From: Antechinus flavipes
Taxonomy: Eukaryota
Direction: 5' to 3'
Length of the DNA stretch: 64,000 nucleotides
Assembly: GCF_016432865.1 (NCBI RefSeq)
Contig: NC_067401.1
Coordinates: 7,626,001-7,690,000 of the forward strand
Position 1 is the stretch's first letter; the number at the start of each line of letters is the position of its first letter. The position numbers and the translations under genes were made by a program. Under the pieces are notes generated by a model. It searched no databases, was not told where the DNA came from, and saw nothing but the letters and a program-made list of their open reading frames with translations. Positions 35,478-48,589 of this stretch are shown here, piece after piece.

Positions 35478-36232
35478 CGGGGGTGTGCTGCTGTCCCCCT
35501 GTCTGGGTTGTCCTCAGAGTTGGGGAGATATGCTGCCCCCTTATCGGGGTGACATGCTGCCCCATTTTATTGGGGTGATGTGCTGCCCCCGGGTCCAGGT
35601 TGTGCTCAGGGTCGGGGAGATGTGCTGCCCCTGTATCGGGGTGATGTGCTGCCCCATTTTGTTGGGGTGATGTGCTGCCCCCGTGTCCAGGTTGTGCTCA
35701 GGGTCAGGGAGATGTGCTGCCCCTGTATCGGGGTGACGTGCTGCCCCATTTTATTGGGGTGATGTGCTGCCCCCGGGTCCAGGTTGTGCTCAGGGTCGGG
35801 GAGATGTGCTGCCCCTGTATTGGGGTGATGTGCTGCCCCATTTTGTTGGAGTGATGTGCTGCCCCTGTGTCCAGGTTGTGCTCAGGGTCGGGGTGATGTG
35901 CTGCCCCATTTTGTTGGGGTGATGTGCTGCCCCCGTGTCCAGGTTGTGCTCAGGGTCGGGGAGATGTGCTGCCCCTGTATCGGGGTGATGTGCTGCCCCA
36001 TTTTATTGGGGTGATGTGCTGCCCCCGGGTCCAGGTTGTGCTCAGGGTCAGGGAGATGTGCTGCCCCTGTATCGGGGTGATGTGCTGCCTCATTTTATTG
36101 GGGTGATGTGCTGCCCCCGTGTCCAGGTTGTGCTCAGGGTCAGGGAGATGTGCTGCCCCTGTATCGGGGTGATGTGCTGCCCCATTTTGTTGGGGTGACG
36201 TGCTTCCCCGTGTCTGGGTTGTACTCAGGGTC
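35478..36232. repeat. Higher-order minisatellite: 92-bp unit of three subunits (24+26+42 bp) sharing the core GGGGWGATGTGCTGCCCC
   Basis: Direct parsing gives about 8 higher-order units and about 24 cores. One 24-bp subunit is missing near 35890, and the terminal units are degenerate. Confidence 0.95.
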
Positions 36233-38469
36233 GGGGGGCTTCAGAGTGCTTGGGGGTTTTGCCCCAAGTCACACACTTAATCTTCAAGAGGCACCAGAGT
36301 ATGCTGGAAAGAAACTTGAGTCACTGGTTGTCGTTTCATCATTTTCAGTCATTCCTGACTCTTTCCATTTTCTTGGAAAAAACAGGAGTTCACCATTTCT
36401 TTCTCCAGCTCATTTGCCAGACAGGGTGAAGTGACTTGCCCAGAGTCACACAGCGAGGCAGTGTCTGAAGCTGGATTTGAATCCAGGACATCCTGATGCT
36501 AGACCCAGACCTCTGTTCACTTCTGCACCACCCGAGCGAGCCATTGGACCTGAGTTGAGATCCCTGCTATTCTACTTACTACATGTGACCTTGGGCAAGA
36601 GCTTCTATTTCCATACTTCAATTTGTTCTTACCCAAAATGAGCAAGTGAGATTATTCTGAGGTTCTTTCAGGTTCTAGAATTATGTTCCAGAGAGAGAAA
36701 GAAACTGCACATCATAGTAAATGGAACAAGAAAGAGCTGTGCCTCTGGCATATCGTGGCTGAGTGACCTTGGACAAGGATAATCGCTTTTCAGTTTCCCT
36801 CTTTGTAAAATGAGGGAGTTGGCCCCAAAGTCTCAGAAGTCCTTTCCCTCTTACGTTTTACAGTATTATGGTGAGTCTGGAGTTTGAGATGATGCTTTGG
36901 ACTCTGGGTAGGGAAAGACTCTTAGTCTTCTGCTCTCCAGAACAAGGGGATCAGACTGAACTATCTCAAAGGTCCCTGCAAAGAGCCCTGACATGCTGTG
37001 AACCCTGAGTCTGGCGACACAAGTAAGCTCTTCGTGAAGGAACATGTGCGGGACTCCTTTTCTGTATCTGGTTGGCTATCCAAAATTAGTTTTAGAAAAT
37101 GCATGGTGACCAAGAAAGGGAAAGTCCAGTGAGTAGGAAACCTGTGTGGAACAGTGGGTGGGGACTCTGGACTTAGAATTGGTGGGTCTGGGTTCGAATC
37201 CTGATTCTGCCACTTACTTATTGAAAATCCTCATCTACAAAACGAGGAGGTTGTATGGTATCTACCTAGCTAAAAAACTCCCAGCAGAAATGTGGACAAG
37301 AAATCATTATTCTAAGCTTGGGAGGCAAAGGGAGAGGAGGGAGCGATGCAGACAACTTCCCACTAGGTATCTGACGAGCCCACAATGCTCTTGTCTCCTC
37401 TTTCAGGACAGTCGGGGGCACAGAGTCGATCTCAGGTCAAGGATCCATCTTTGTTTATTTTTTTTAATGGATTTGCCACCAGCTTTTTTTTTTTAAATTT
37501 TAATAGTAACAAGCATTTATAGAATGTCTCAAGGTTTGCAAAATGCTTTATAAATGTTGTCTTATTTGATTCTCACAACACCCTTGGAAGATGGAGGCTG
37601 TTATCATCCCACTTTAGAAATGGCTAGCTGAGGCTGAGGGAGGTTACATGACTTGCTTAGGGCCACACAGCCAGGAGATATCTGAGACAGGAGTCGAACC
37701 CAGGACTTCCCAATTTCCAGTCTGGTGCCCTCTCCATTATTCCCATGTCTTTGGGGTTTTATTTATTAGTTTTTAACGCAACACCCACTTCCTGATATAC
37801 TTTCTCTGGGAAAATACTAGTCCAGAGAGGAAAGGACAGTTGCTTTGCTTATAGGCTCGGGGGTGAGTCCTTTGCAGTTTGGCTATTTCTTGTAGGTTAA
37901 ACAGATCCCGTCCCAAATTTGCGGCATTGTTAGCCTGAATGCTTGCCTAAGAGCCCTTTGTATTTTAGTGAGTCTTAGAAACTGGTCAAGTTTTATGTTT
38001 CCCAGGAAAATCCTCGATGTAAACGTGAACCAAGGAGAGTAATGTGTGTATAAGCTGCCCGAGGCTGAGGCCAGTCTAAATAAAGCCACGGTTTCGTGTC
38101 TGGGCCCTGGGTAACATCCTAGTGGGACTGTGAGACTGCACAGCCTCCTCCTGGTGTGAGAACATTAACAAACGTGGAGCCGGCTCCCCTTCCGTGAGGC
38201 TCCAAGTGCCCCTGACATCTGGGCCGGGTGGGCCTTGTCTCTGTGTACGGCCGCCTGTCGTTTGTTTTGAGCCTGCCTGGTTAAATCGGGACCTCGGGCT
38301 GCAGATGGGAGCTTAATGGCTTCCAGCAGTAGGTGATGGCTTTAGAGAGTCATCAGGCCCTAAATACCGGCTAATTGCTGCGGGAGTGGGGAGAAAATGA
38401 AAAATGATGTTGCCAGAGAGACCTTTCTGCTCCTGTTCTGAGGCTTTCCAGGCAGCTGCAGATTTCTTG

Positions 38470-38655
38470 GGGGTGGAGAGAGATGGGAGAGGGGGAGGGA
38501 TACAGAGAGAAGGAGAGAAGAAGGGGAGAAGGGGAGTGGGGAAGAGGGAAAAGATGAGGAGGAAGGGAGGAGGAGAGAAAGAAAAAGGGAGGGAGAAAAA
38601 TAAGAAGGGAAGAGAAGGGGGGGAGATGGAGGGAGAGAGGAGGAAAGGGGGAGAG
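38470..38655. repeat. Purine-rich (GA) low-complexity tract
   Basis: Almost only G and A on the + strand. A similar GGAA-rich tract lies at about 60720-60900. Confidence 0.85.
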
Positions 38656-39782
38656 CAGCCAAATATGGAAGGCGTTTAGGAGCAGCAAATCCATCTGGAG
38701 GTCGGTGCTGAGCAGGAAGAGGCAGGTTGCAAAGTGACTGGGCAGGAGGCGGGCAGTTTTCTCCTAAGGCTGAGAGCAACTAACACAGCACAGGTCAAGG
38801 GGATCCCCAAGCACCTGGAGCTGGAAGCGGGCTTAATGCAGCCCACTGGATAGAATCAGGATTTAGGAATGGGAAACCTGGGTTCGAATCTCACTTCCTA
38901 TGTGCGTGATCGCAGCCCAGTCACTTCTTCAGTTTCCCTCTTTGTCAATAACCAAGGAAAGGTCTTTGTGGCTCAATATCTTTGTTCTGCACATGAAGAA
39001 ACTGAGGCACAAGGGAAGCGTTGGCTTGTCTGGTGTCATCTGGGGAGTGAATAACAGAGGTGTTTGAACCCATAGATCATAGATTGGGACTTGGAAAGGA
39101 CCATCGAGGTCCGCTAGTCCATCACTCCCATTCTACAGATGGGGAAACTGAGGCCCAGGAGATTGAGCCAAGGTTTGAATTTGCATCTTGTGACTAAATT
39201 CAGCCTTTTTCCCTGTGAAACTACGAACCTGAGTCTTGTGATGGAAAATTCATCTTCCTTTCCCTCACACCTGTCTTCCCATATTTATTCTCTTTTCTGC
39301 TTCCCACCTGTTTGCCCATTACCATCCAGTGAGGGCCGCCATACTGCCCAGAGCACTGGGCTCCTCTCCCTGAATTCAGACCCTGCCTCAGACACTTGGT
39401 AGCACGTGAACCTGGGAAAGCCCTTGAAACCTCTTTGCCTCAGTTTCCTTTTCTGCCAAATGAGCTGGAGAAGGAAATGACGAAGCACCCCCTGTCTCTG
39501 CCAAGAAAATCCCAAGTGGGGTCAGATGTAACCCGACAGCCGCCCGTCAGATTTCAGAGAAACATTGACCAGGCTGCCTGGTCCGAGGACCGGGCTCACC
39601 CAGACCACACCTGGAGGCAGCGGCTCAGGAAAATCAGGGTCCGGATCCCCCAGAGTCCCCTGTCCAGGCTCCCTCCTGCCTCCTTGTCCTGCTCTGGATT
39701 GGAGGTGATGCCCCGGGGAGAGTGGATGCGGAACCAGTGCAAGCCCTGGAGAGGGAGCGGTGCTGGGCTGCCTCGGGCCTTC

Positions 39783-39895
39783 CGGGGCCAGCTAGGACCA
39801 CCTGGGGCCACCATGGGCCATTGGGGGCCACTCGGGTCATTGGGGGCCACCATGGGCCATTTGGGGCCACTCGGGTCATCGGGGGCCATCTAGGG
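39783..39895. repeat. Short tandem repeat of about 10-bp GGGCCA subunits forming a roughly 39-bp unit, 2-3 copies
   Basis: tgggggccaccatgggccatt(t/g)ggggccactcgggtcat is repeated. Confidence 0.8.
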
Positions 39896-40516
39896 CCGCT
39901 TCAGGCTGTCCTGGTCAGTCTTCCCATCTCTCCTGGGCCGGTTCCCACGCCGTCCTGATTTTCCTCCCCAGTTCATGAGGCTGGATAACTTAGCTGTTCC
40001 TCAACACAGGAGAAGTCAAAATGGGAGGATGGGGGGAGGGGGCACCGAGGGCCGCAGGGTTTCCTGAGACTTTCACAGGCTCCACCGACGGTTCCGGAGG
40101 CAGATTTCCTCCTCCTCATTTCCCAGGTGAGGAAGCTGAGGCTCAGGTGAAGCAGCCAGTCTTGGGTCCGGCCGCCAAGGGGAATTGAAGTCGGGAGCCC
40201 CTGAGTCGAGCATCCCCCCTCCACCCGCCTTTGGGCCTCCCTGAGCCTCAGCTTCCTCGTCTGTACCTGAGGGTTGGGCGGGCCGCCCCCCGAGACCCCC
40301 TTTCTCTCTAGGGTGACGTTGATAAGCGACAGCGATCCCGTGAGCCCCGGGGCCCCCAGTCTGTTCTGGCCCGAGAAGCTCCCCTCCCCCTTTCTCTGAG
40401 AATCTCGGCCTTGCTCCAGGCCCCTGCTCAGGCAGCAGAGACCGGCACGGGAGCCAGGCTCAGAGGCGCCTGGGAGTGGGCCCAGAGAGATGGAGACACT
40501 AGAACCGGAGCGCCGG

Positions 40517-40580
40517 GCGGCCCCTGGTGAGCGGCCGGGCGGCCCCAGGTGAGCGGCCGGGCGGCCCAGGTGGGCGGCCA
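40517..40580. repeat. CpG-rich 21-22-bp tandem repeat, about 3 copies
   Basis: Variants of gcggccgggcggccccaggtga. Confidence 0.8.
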
Positions 40581-41122
40581 GCCCTGTACCTGCCGGGAGT
40601 GGAGACACTTTAGTGCCCATTGATGAAGAGGAAGCGGGGCCTTCCTCACTGCGACCCTCACCTGGGCCAGCTGTGGAGGTTCCAAGTGTCGCTGCTGACA
40701 CGGCCCCTCCATCCCCAGGTGGGCCCTGCCGGGGGCGGCTCTGAGCTGAGGAGGCGGGGCAGGAGGTGGGGGGGCAGCCGCAGGGCTCCTCATAACAAAA
40801 ACTGGGGGGACAACGACTGAGCAAAAGCAGCCACGACACTGCTGGCCAGGGCAGCCCCGGCCTCCCTGCTCCAAAGGGGGAGAGCGGGTCCCCTCATCTC
40901 TTCCAGATGAGCTCGGGCACCAGAACTGCCCCAGGCCAGTTGTTTGTGTTTGCTGTTTACTCGACGGTCGCCATGGCTGCAGCGCCTCTTGTGTGAGAGT
41001 GTGCGAGATGTGTGGACAGGGATGGGCGTGTGGAGCACATCTGAAAGCAGGGCTCGTGGCAACTTGCTCCCCTCCCTCGTTTCCTTCCTTTTCTTCCTCC
41101 CTCCATCTTTCTTTGCCTCCTT

Positions 41123-41367
41123 NNNNNNNNNNNNNNNNNNNNNNNNNNNNNNNNNNNNNNNNNNNNNNNNNNNNNNNNNNNNNNNNNNNNNNNNNNNNNN
41201 NNNNNNNNNNNNNNNNNNNNNNNNNNNNNNNNNNNNNNNNNNNNNNNNNNNNNNNNNNNNNNNNNNNNNNNNNNNNNNNNNNNNNNNNNNNNNNNNNNNN
41301 NNNNNNNNNNNNNNNNNNNNNNNNNNNNNNNNNNNNNNNNNNNNNNNNNNNNNNNNNNNNNNNNNNN
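41123..41367. other. Assembly gap (245 N) inside a CCTT-type low-complexity tract
   Basis: N run flanked on both sides by ccttc/ctcc repeats. Confidence 0.99.
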
Positions 41368-42894
41368 CCCTCTCTCCCTCCTTCCCCTTCCTTTCTCCTT
41401 CCCTCCCTCCCCTTCCTTTCCCCCCCTCCTCTTCCTTCGTCCCTTTTCTTCCTTCCTTCCTCATGGAGTTTAGAGGCCAGTGGAAGATCAGCAGAAATGA
41501 CTGATGCTCAGCACTGTGGGAGCCGTGTGCTCAGGACAGAGACCGGGTGGGGGCACAGGTGTGTAGTGTGACAGGAGCATCAAGTGCCTGGGGTGGGGGA
41601 GGGATGAGATCTTGTGGAGCTTGGCCATATGCAGTCTGAACTTGATTCAGAAACAGTAGGGAGCCACTGAAGGTGCTTTTTCTGAGAGCCCAGCTGAGGA
41701 GGGAACCCTTTTCTGAAAGTCAGCAAACCCAGCTGGAAGGTTGGGACAGATGATGATGAGGAGGATGATGAGGATGATGAGGATGATGATGATGATATGA
41801 TGTACTAAGCAGGGAGTTTTCCGTCATTCCCAGAGGCAGCCACGGTTCCCTGGAGTTAGTAGAACAGAAGCTGTCTGGGTTTCCCTTCACACAATGGTTC
41901 CCGGAGGCCGTGCTGGGCCCAGAATGGCTGGCGAAGGCCCCAATCCCTTCCTGTGAGGAAGCCTTGTCCCCTCTCTGTGACTCCAGCCACTCCTTGGCAG
42001 CCCGGAGTGGGAGGCACGGGGGACTCCCTAAACGGTCCCCTCCATGGAACGTTGCCGTTGTCCCTTCGAGCGGCAGCCGCGCCGGCCTGCTCAAACACGC
42101 TTGCCCCGGGACTTTCCAGAGTGAATTCATGTACATCATTAAAGAGATACAGATCTCTTTAATTAGAGTAACCTACAGATGTTCTCCCCATGGCGGGGAC
42201 TCCTCCCCTTCTCTAGGTCCGGGCCCCCTTGGGCGGTGGTGGGGGGAGCTCGGCGCCCCTTCTCCCAATCAGATTGTCACATACGGAAGGGTCATAGGTT
42301 AAGGAGGAAACCAATTATATCTAAACACAGCCACAGAGTGTTAGGGTTGGTTTGTTTTCTTGATCAGACCCCGGATCAGGAATCCCTGCGCAAAGGGGTC
42401 TCTAATGCTCAGACCTGAGGCGCCGGAGGCAGCTGCGTGTTCCAAGGTGCCCTCATGGAAGACCCGAATTCAAATCCAGCCCCTGACACGTCTTCACTGG
42501 GTGCCCCAAGCAGGTTACGTGACCTCACTCAGCCTCAATTTCCTCATTTACAAACAGAGATAATAGCCCCCACTTCCCCAAATTGTTGCGAGAATAAACA
42601 GATGTAATACTTGTCAAGGGCTCAAGATCACGGGGACAGCTGGGTGGCGCTACAGTGGATAAAACCCTGGGTTTGAAACCAGGAAGCCTTGTCTTCCTAA
42701 GTTCTCATCTGGCCACATCTGGCCTCAGTTAGAACACCAAGAGTTGCCCAGGGTCAAACAGTCAGCCTGCCATAGAGGCGGGACTTGAACCCAAGACTCT
42801 CTGGTTCTTTCTATCTACTATGTCATGCCATTAAGTAAACACTTAATATTTATTCAACTTAATTCATATAATCTGACAATCCTGGGATTTTTTT

Positions 42895-43594
42895 GTTTTT
42901 TTTTTTTGTTGTTTGTTTTGTTTTGTTTTTTTTTCTTATTATTTTTATTTTTTTTTATTTTATTTTTATTTTTTTTTAATAATTTTTTGTTGATAGAACG
43001 CATGCCAGGGTAATTTTTTACAGCATTATCCCTTGCATTCATTTCTCTTCCGATTTTTCCCCTCCCTCCCTCCACCCCTTCCCCCAAATGGCAAGAGTCC
43101 TTTACATGTTGAATGGGTTGCAGTATATCCTAGATACAATCTATGTGTGCAGAACTGAACAGTTTTCTTGTTGCACAGGGAGAATTGGATTCAGAAGGTA
43201 GAAATAACCCGGGAAGAAAAACAAAAATGCAAACAGTTTATATTCATCTCCCAGTGTTCTTTCTCTGGGCGTAGCTGCTTCTGTCCATCATTGATCAATT
43301 AAGGCTCTCTTTATCAAAGAGGTCCACTTCCATCAGAATACATCCTCAAACAGTATCGTTGTTGAGGTATATAATGATCTCCTGGTTCTGCTCATTTCAC
43401 TCAACATCAGTTCATGTAAGTCTCACCAGTCCTCTCTGTATTCATCCCGCTGGTCGTTCCTTACAGAACAATGATATTCCATAATGTTCATATACCACAA
43501 TTTACTCAACCATCCTCCAATTGATGAACATCCTTTCATTTTCCAGCTTCTAGCCACTACAAACAGGGCTGCCACAAACATTTTGGCACACACA
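42895..43594 (-). mobile_element. Young 5'-truncated marsupial L1 (ORF2 end, 3'UTR, long polyA-derived tail)
   Basis: T-rich tail at about 42887-42990, then the L1 3'UTR and the ORF2 C-terminus. TSD ctgggattttttt (42882-42894) versus ctgagattttttt (43595-43607), one mismatch. Confidence 0.85.
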
Positions 43595-46500
43595 CTGAGA
43601 TTTTTTTGGCAACTTTTCTTTTAAACAAGATTTTTTTTCTTTCCATCTTTTGCCCTCACTCCCTTCCAAGCTTACTCGTCCCATGCCTCGTGACCTGGTT
43701 CTTCCCCCTTACTCCCTGTGTGTCCCTAGGTGAGTCCCTCTGGGCCTGAATTTGCAGTAAAATAAGAGGGAGACCTCCCTGGCCCCTTCGGATCTAGGGG
43801 CCGATGACTCATTCTCCTCGGTTTGGGTCGGGCCCCAGGCCTTCCCTTCCGTGTTGGAGCTCAGCCTCGAGGGCTCTCTGAGAAGCAGGACCTGGAAGGG
43901 CCTGGGAGGTTATGAGCGAACTCTCAGCTTTCCCATCCAGGCCTTGCTACCGTGTCGGGCCAAGGAGATTCATGTGGAAAATCCCCCTTCCACCCTGGCA
44001 CCGGGTGAGAATGACTCCAACAACGCACATGAAACGATTGTGAAAAGGAAGCTGCAGTCTGAGGCATGGAAACCAGCAGCAGTCACGGCTGAGAGCTGAC
44101 GAAAGATGCCTTCTCCCCCGCGCCGGGGGGGTCCTCTCACGTGCTGGGGGCAAGGCCGAGCAGCCTTGCGTGAACACGATTGTATAGACACGTGTGTCTT
44201 TACTGCTGGTTTCTGTGTCTCATGATGGGCGTTTAATGATTTTTCTTTTTCCCAAGTTAGGGATCAAGCTAGAGAAGGAGTGAGAAAGGGAGGATTGTGA
44301 TGAACAGATAAAAGGCTTCATTAAAACAACACTTTTTATATATATTTTTTTTATTTTCATTAAAGCTTTTTATTTTCAAAACATATGTAAGGATCATTTT
44401 TCACCACTGACCCTTGCAAAATCTTATGTTCCAATTCCCCCTTTTCTGTTCACTTCCCTCAGCATCCAGGTCTCTCTGACATCCTCCTGCCAGTCATAAA
44501 ACAACATTTTTTTAAAAAATGAAACACTCAACACAAGACATCCCTGACAGGAGAGGCTGCTTGGCAAGACTGAATGGGAGGGGCAGCCAGGGGGCGCCGC
44601 AGTGGATAGAGCACTGGCTCTGGAGCAGGAGGCCCTGAATTCAAATCAGACCCTTAACACTTGGTAGTTGTCTGACCCCAAAATAAAAGATGAATAAGGC
44701 TGCCTGGGCTAAGGCTCTCACACTGAGGGGTTTGTAGCGACGCTACACCTGAATCCACGGGGCTCTCCCCACAAATGTACTGCCCTTGACATTTTTAGAT
44801 CATAAGGCAAACATCAGCACATCTGGAAATTGGGGCCTGGTTGGCAGCGGGGTGAAGAAGAAGCTGGGTCCATTGCTTTAAGGGCGATGCCTCTTTATTG
44901 CATCTGTCACATCCACTCCTGGATGTTCAGGGGCCCTGCTGAAATGCAGGGAATTCTGGTAAAACCTCATTAAGTCAGAGTTTATTAAACCAGAATAGTG
45001 ATCACTCGGAGCCCGAGCTAAAGCAGCTTTCTCCATCATGTTTCAAGAGGGCTCCATTAATTCTAACCATTGCCTGCAAATCATAAATCAGCGACAATCA
45101 TTCTCATCTTTTCACTGAAAGGACCAATTTAACAGCATCTAGTTGGACTAATAGCAACTGCTCTCTGTACTGGAAAGCAACAAAAATGATATTTCTTTTA
45201 TCATTTTATTTTATGTATCATGTCTTTTATATATTTATCATTTCTTTTATAACATTCTCAATTAGTTAATCCTACTTAGGGTTTTTCATACCAAAAAATA
45301 TAAGCACATTACCTTAAATTTAATTTTTACTGATATTTTTTCTTCTCTATAACTTTGATTTCTGAAAATATCATCACCCTCCTTCAACTCAACCCAGCCA
45401 AGAATTTTAAACAAATAATTCTAAAAGAAAGAGAAAAAAGATTTGAAAAAAAAAACGGTTCATTTTGTGCCCAACTTATGATTTCATTTCCCAAGGGAGC
45501 CTCCTGATGAGGAAACCCTCACTCCAAAGGAGGGCAGCTACTCTTCCCTAACTTGGAGTCTTAAAGTGTCGCCTCTGAGGGGTTGTTAAACGGCTTGTCC
45601 AGGATCACACACCAGGATGGATCAGAGACAGACATTCTCACCTTTGAAGTCATTTCCTTATTTACTCTCCTGTTGTTGCTGTTTTTAATTAATCTTTTGT
45701 TTTGTTTTTAATTTTTTCCATTGTTCTTACGTACTCATTTCTCAATATATGACTCCCCCTTTGCCTCTCAGAAAGCCATGCCTTCTAAGAATAAAAAATA
45801 GACAACAGGACAGCTCAGCAAACTCAACCACAAGGCATCCATCCAGCCTCCCATCTGAACTCCATCTCCAAGGCTCCTCACTTCTGTAAGAGAAGGAGCC
45901 CTGAAGGCTCTTCTCCTGGAGGAAGCTTGGATCTATAATTATACCACACTCACTTTCGATTTTTGTTGCTGACCTTCCTATTTACCTTCCTGTTGCTAAA
46001 TATAAATTCCCCTGGTTCTGCTTAGCCCACTGCTTCGTCTGCAGAGTAAATCTTCTGATACTTTCTGTATTTATCATTTCTTATGATGAAATAATTTTCC
46101 TTTACTTTCCTGTCCCATAATTTGCTTAGTCATCCCCAATTTATGGATGTCTACTCTATTCCCAGTTCTTTGTTATCTCCCAAAAAGTCAACCTTGTTTT
46201 GTTGTTTCAAAAACAAACTTAAAAAAAATTTCCCAACTCTCTCCAGGAATTAAATGACAAAACCAGCAATCCCTGCTCTTACAAAGTTTACACTCGATTC
46301 TATTGGGAGGTAGCACAGCCAATACATGGTGATGCTGGGACTCACCCGAGTCCTCTGGCTCAAATCTAATTTTTACTCTCCAGGGCTCCTGATAAAGGGA
46401 CAATTTATAAGAGAGACTTGAGGCTTTCCCAGCCAGTAACAGAGCAGTCCAGACATTGCCTCTGGATCTCTTTAATCCTGCCTTTTGGGGCTCCAAGAAA

Positions 46501-47399
46501 TGCCCTGACTTAGCGTTTAAGAAAGATGGAGAGAGATGCAGAGAGATAGAGACAGAGATATCACATCTGATCCCCCAAAAGAAAGCCCCCTTCGAGACTC
46601 ACATGAACTAGTTTGATAACCTCAAAGAGAAGTTTTTTCCAATCTTTTTTCTCGCTCTCCAACTCATTATGTTCCTATCCCAGAGTAGACCTCTGGAGAA
46701 AATCTCCAAAGCCAAAGTGAGATGTGGTTCATGCTTAGGATTTCCTCAAAGGGATTCCCTCTAGAAAAGGTGATCAGTAGACACAAGCAATGTCAGATAG
46801 AGGACAGTTTTTTAATTTCTTCCGTTACAAAACAATGTTTAAAAGTCAGGTGACTTTGTATTTATTTATTAAAATTAATTTAATATATTTTAGATAATTA
46901 ATTTAAATATATTTTATAATTTTAAATTATTAAATGTATTGCGTATATTAAAGTATTTATTTATAATACTTTATTGTACTCTGCCAAGGGGTAAAGGCAA
47001 CTTGGTGAGATTGCCCAGCAAGGATTTCCCATTCACACATTTCCCATTCACACCTCAGACCTGGCTGGCTGAGCTGCTCACAAAGTGCATCCTGGGCTGG
47101 ACCTCCTGGCAGTTTTCTCTGGCAATGGCACATCTTATCCTCCAAGAAATAAGAGTAACCTCCCTGTGAGCACCTGGTACCAGCCCGGGAAGTACTGACC
47201 TCTCAGATCATGTACAAATATTTGAAGGTTTTTTGCCTTCAGTCTGGGGAGCAAATACATCAATGATGGCTCCCTGAGAGCCCATTTCTGTGTCTCTGCC
47301 CTTGGATCTGATGTTTTTGGTTTGTAAAGACTGATGCTGGTGGGCTTAGGAGCTGTTAATCACCAGGTGGTCTAGATTACAACCCCTGCCTTTCCCCAG

Positions 47400-48200
47400 T
47401 CCACTACAAGCATACTGTCAGCAGTAATATTGGCTAAAGTATCTAGGGAGGGATGGAGAAAAGGAGGAAGAAAAAATTTGAAACACAAGTTTTTACAAGG
47501 ATAATGTTGGAAACTATCTGTGTATATATTTTGAAAGTAAAAAAGCTTTAATTTTTTAAAAATAGGGAAAAAATACAATTATTCTCCTGGATTAGATGAA
47601 GTTTGCCAACTTCACATTCCCATAGCCGACCAAACCAGTTGTTGAATACATGGGAACGGGCAGTCACACCCACCTACCATGTGCTAGCACCCACTGTGGG
47701 ATGAGCACCAAGGTCCCACCGACAGATTCAAGTGTAAACTTCCTAAGAGCAGGGACTGTGTTTTTGTCATTTAATTCCCAGAATATTTGGGGAGTTGGGA
47801 AGTTTTTTTTGTTGTTTGTTTGTTTTAAAAATAAAACAAAACAAAATTGACTTTGGGAGGGAAATAGCAACTGGAAACAGAGTAGATGTCCAAATATTGA
47901 GGGACGGCTAAACACATTATGGGACAGAAAAGTAATAGGTAATTATTTCACTGTAAGAAATGATACATATGCTGAGTGAAGTAAGCAGAACCAGATCATT
48001 GCACATGGCAGACGAATTATTCTGCAGATGAACACAATGAGCTAAGCAGTTCCAGGGGAACGATATATTTATCAACAGTTGGAAGGTCAGCCCTCCCAGG
48101 ACCCACGTTCTTTATGTGAACATATGTGTATGTTTGCCTACTTACCTATGTGGTATATAATGTGTATTTTAAGCAGAACCGGCAGACCAGAGGCCTGTCA
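47400..48200 (+). mobile_element. Fragments of older L1 3' ends (about 47420-47570 and 47840-48200)
   Basis: Marsupial L1 3'UTR-like sequences (gaaaaaatttgaaacacaag...gttggaaactatc; aagaaatgat...gctgagtgaagtaagcagaaccag). Confidence 0.5.
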
Positions 48201-48589
48201 TCCCATCCTACATGCAGAACTCCCAGCAGCCTCCTGTTTCTCCTCAATGTCCCCGACCACTTAGACTTCATCACTGCCGTAGCCCGTGTTGAGGTTAGAG
48301 AGAGATTGGCCGTAGGAGCCTTTTGAGGGAGAACAGGAAGTCCGAGTGTTTGTTTAAAGGAAAGTTTTACAAGGGCAGGTGTCTGGAATCAGACAGAAGT
48401 GCAGAGCTCGTGATTCCAGCTGCTGACACATCCTCCATCAAATCTGGCAACAAAGATGGTTTTCTCTCCCATGGAGCTTGGGTCCAAAACCGAGTCCATC
48501 TTGCAATCCCGCAGAAGCTCTTGGATCTCTCCATGTCGTCATAAACTAAAGAATTTGCACACGAGATTTTCAGGAGCACTCAGTTCAAT

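Noticed and set aside
35478-36232. Repeat-spacer appearance resembling a CRISPR array
   Set aside because: The linkers are 6, 8 and 24 bp and recur in fixed order instead of being unique. The context is a mammalian intron with no cas genes.
40790-41571. ORFs of 186-224 aa
   Set aside because: Artefacts of translating through the N gap and low-complexity flanks.
46855-46980. Extremely AT-rich block
   Set aside because: Low-complexity sequence with no periodicity or clear inverted repeat; common in marsupial introns.
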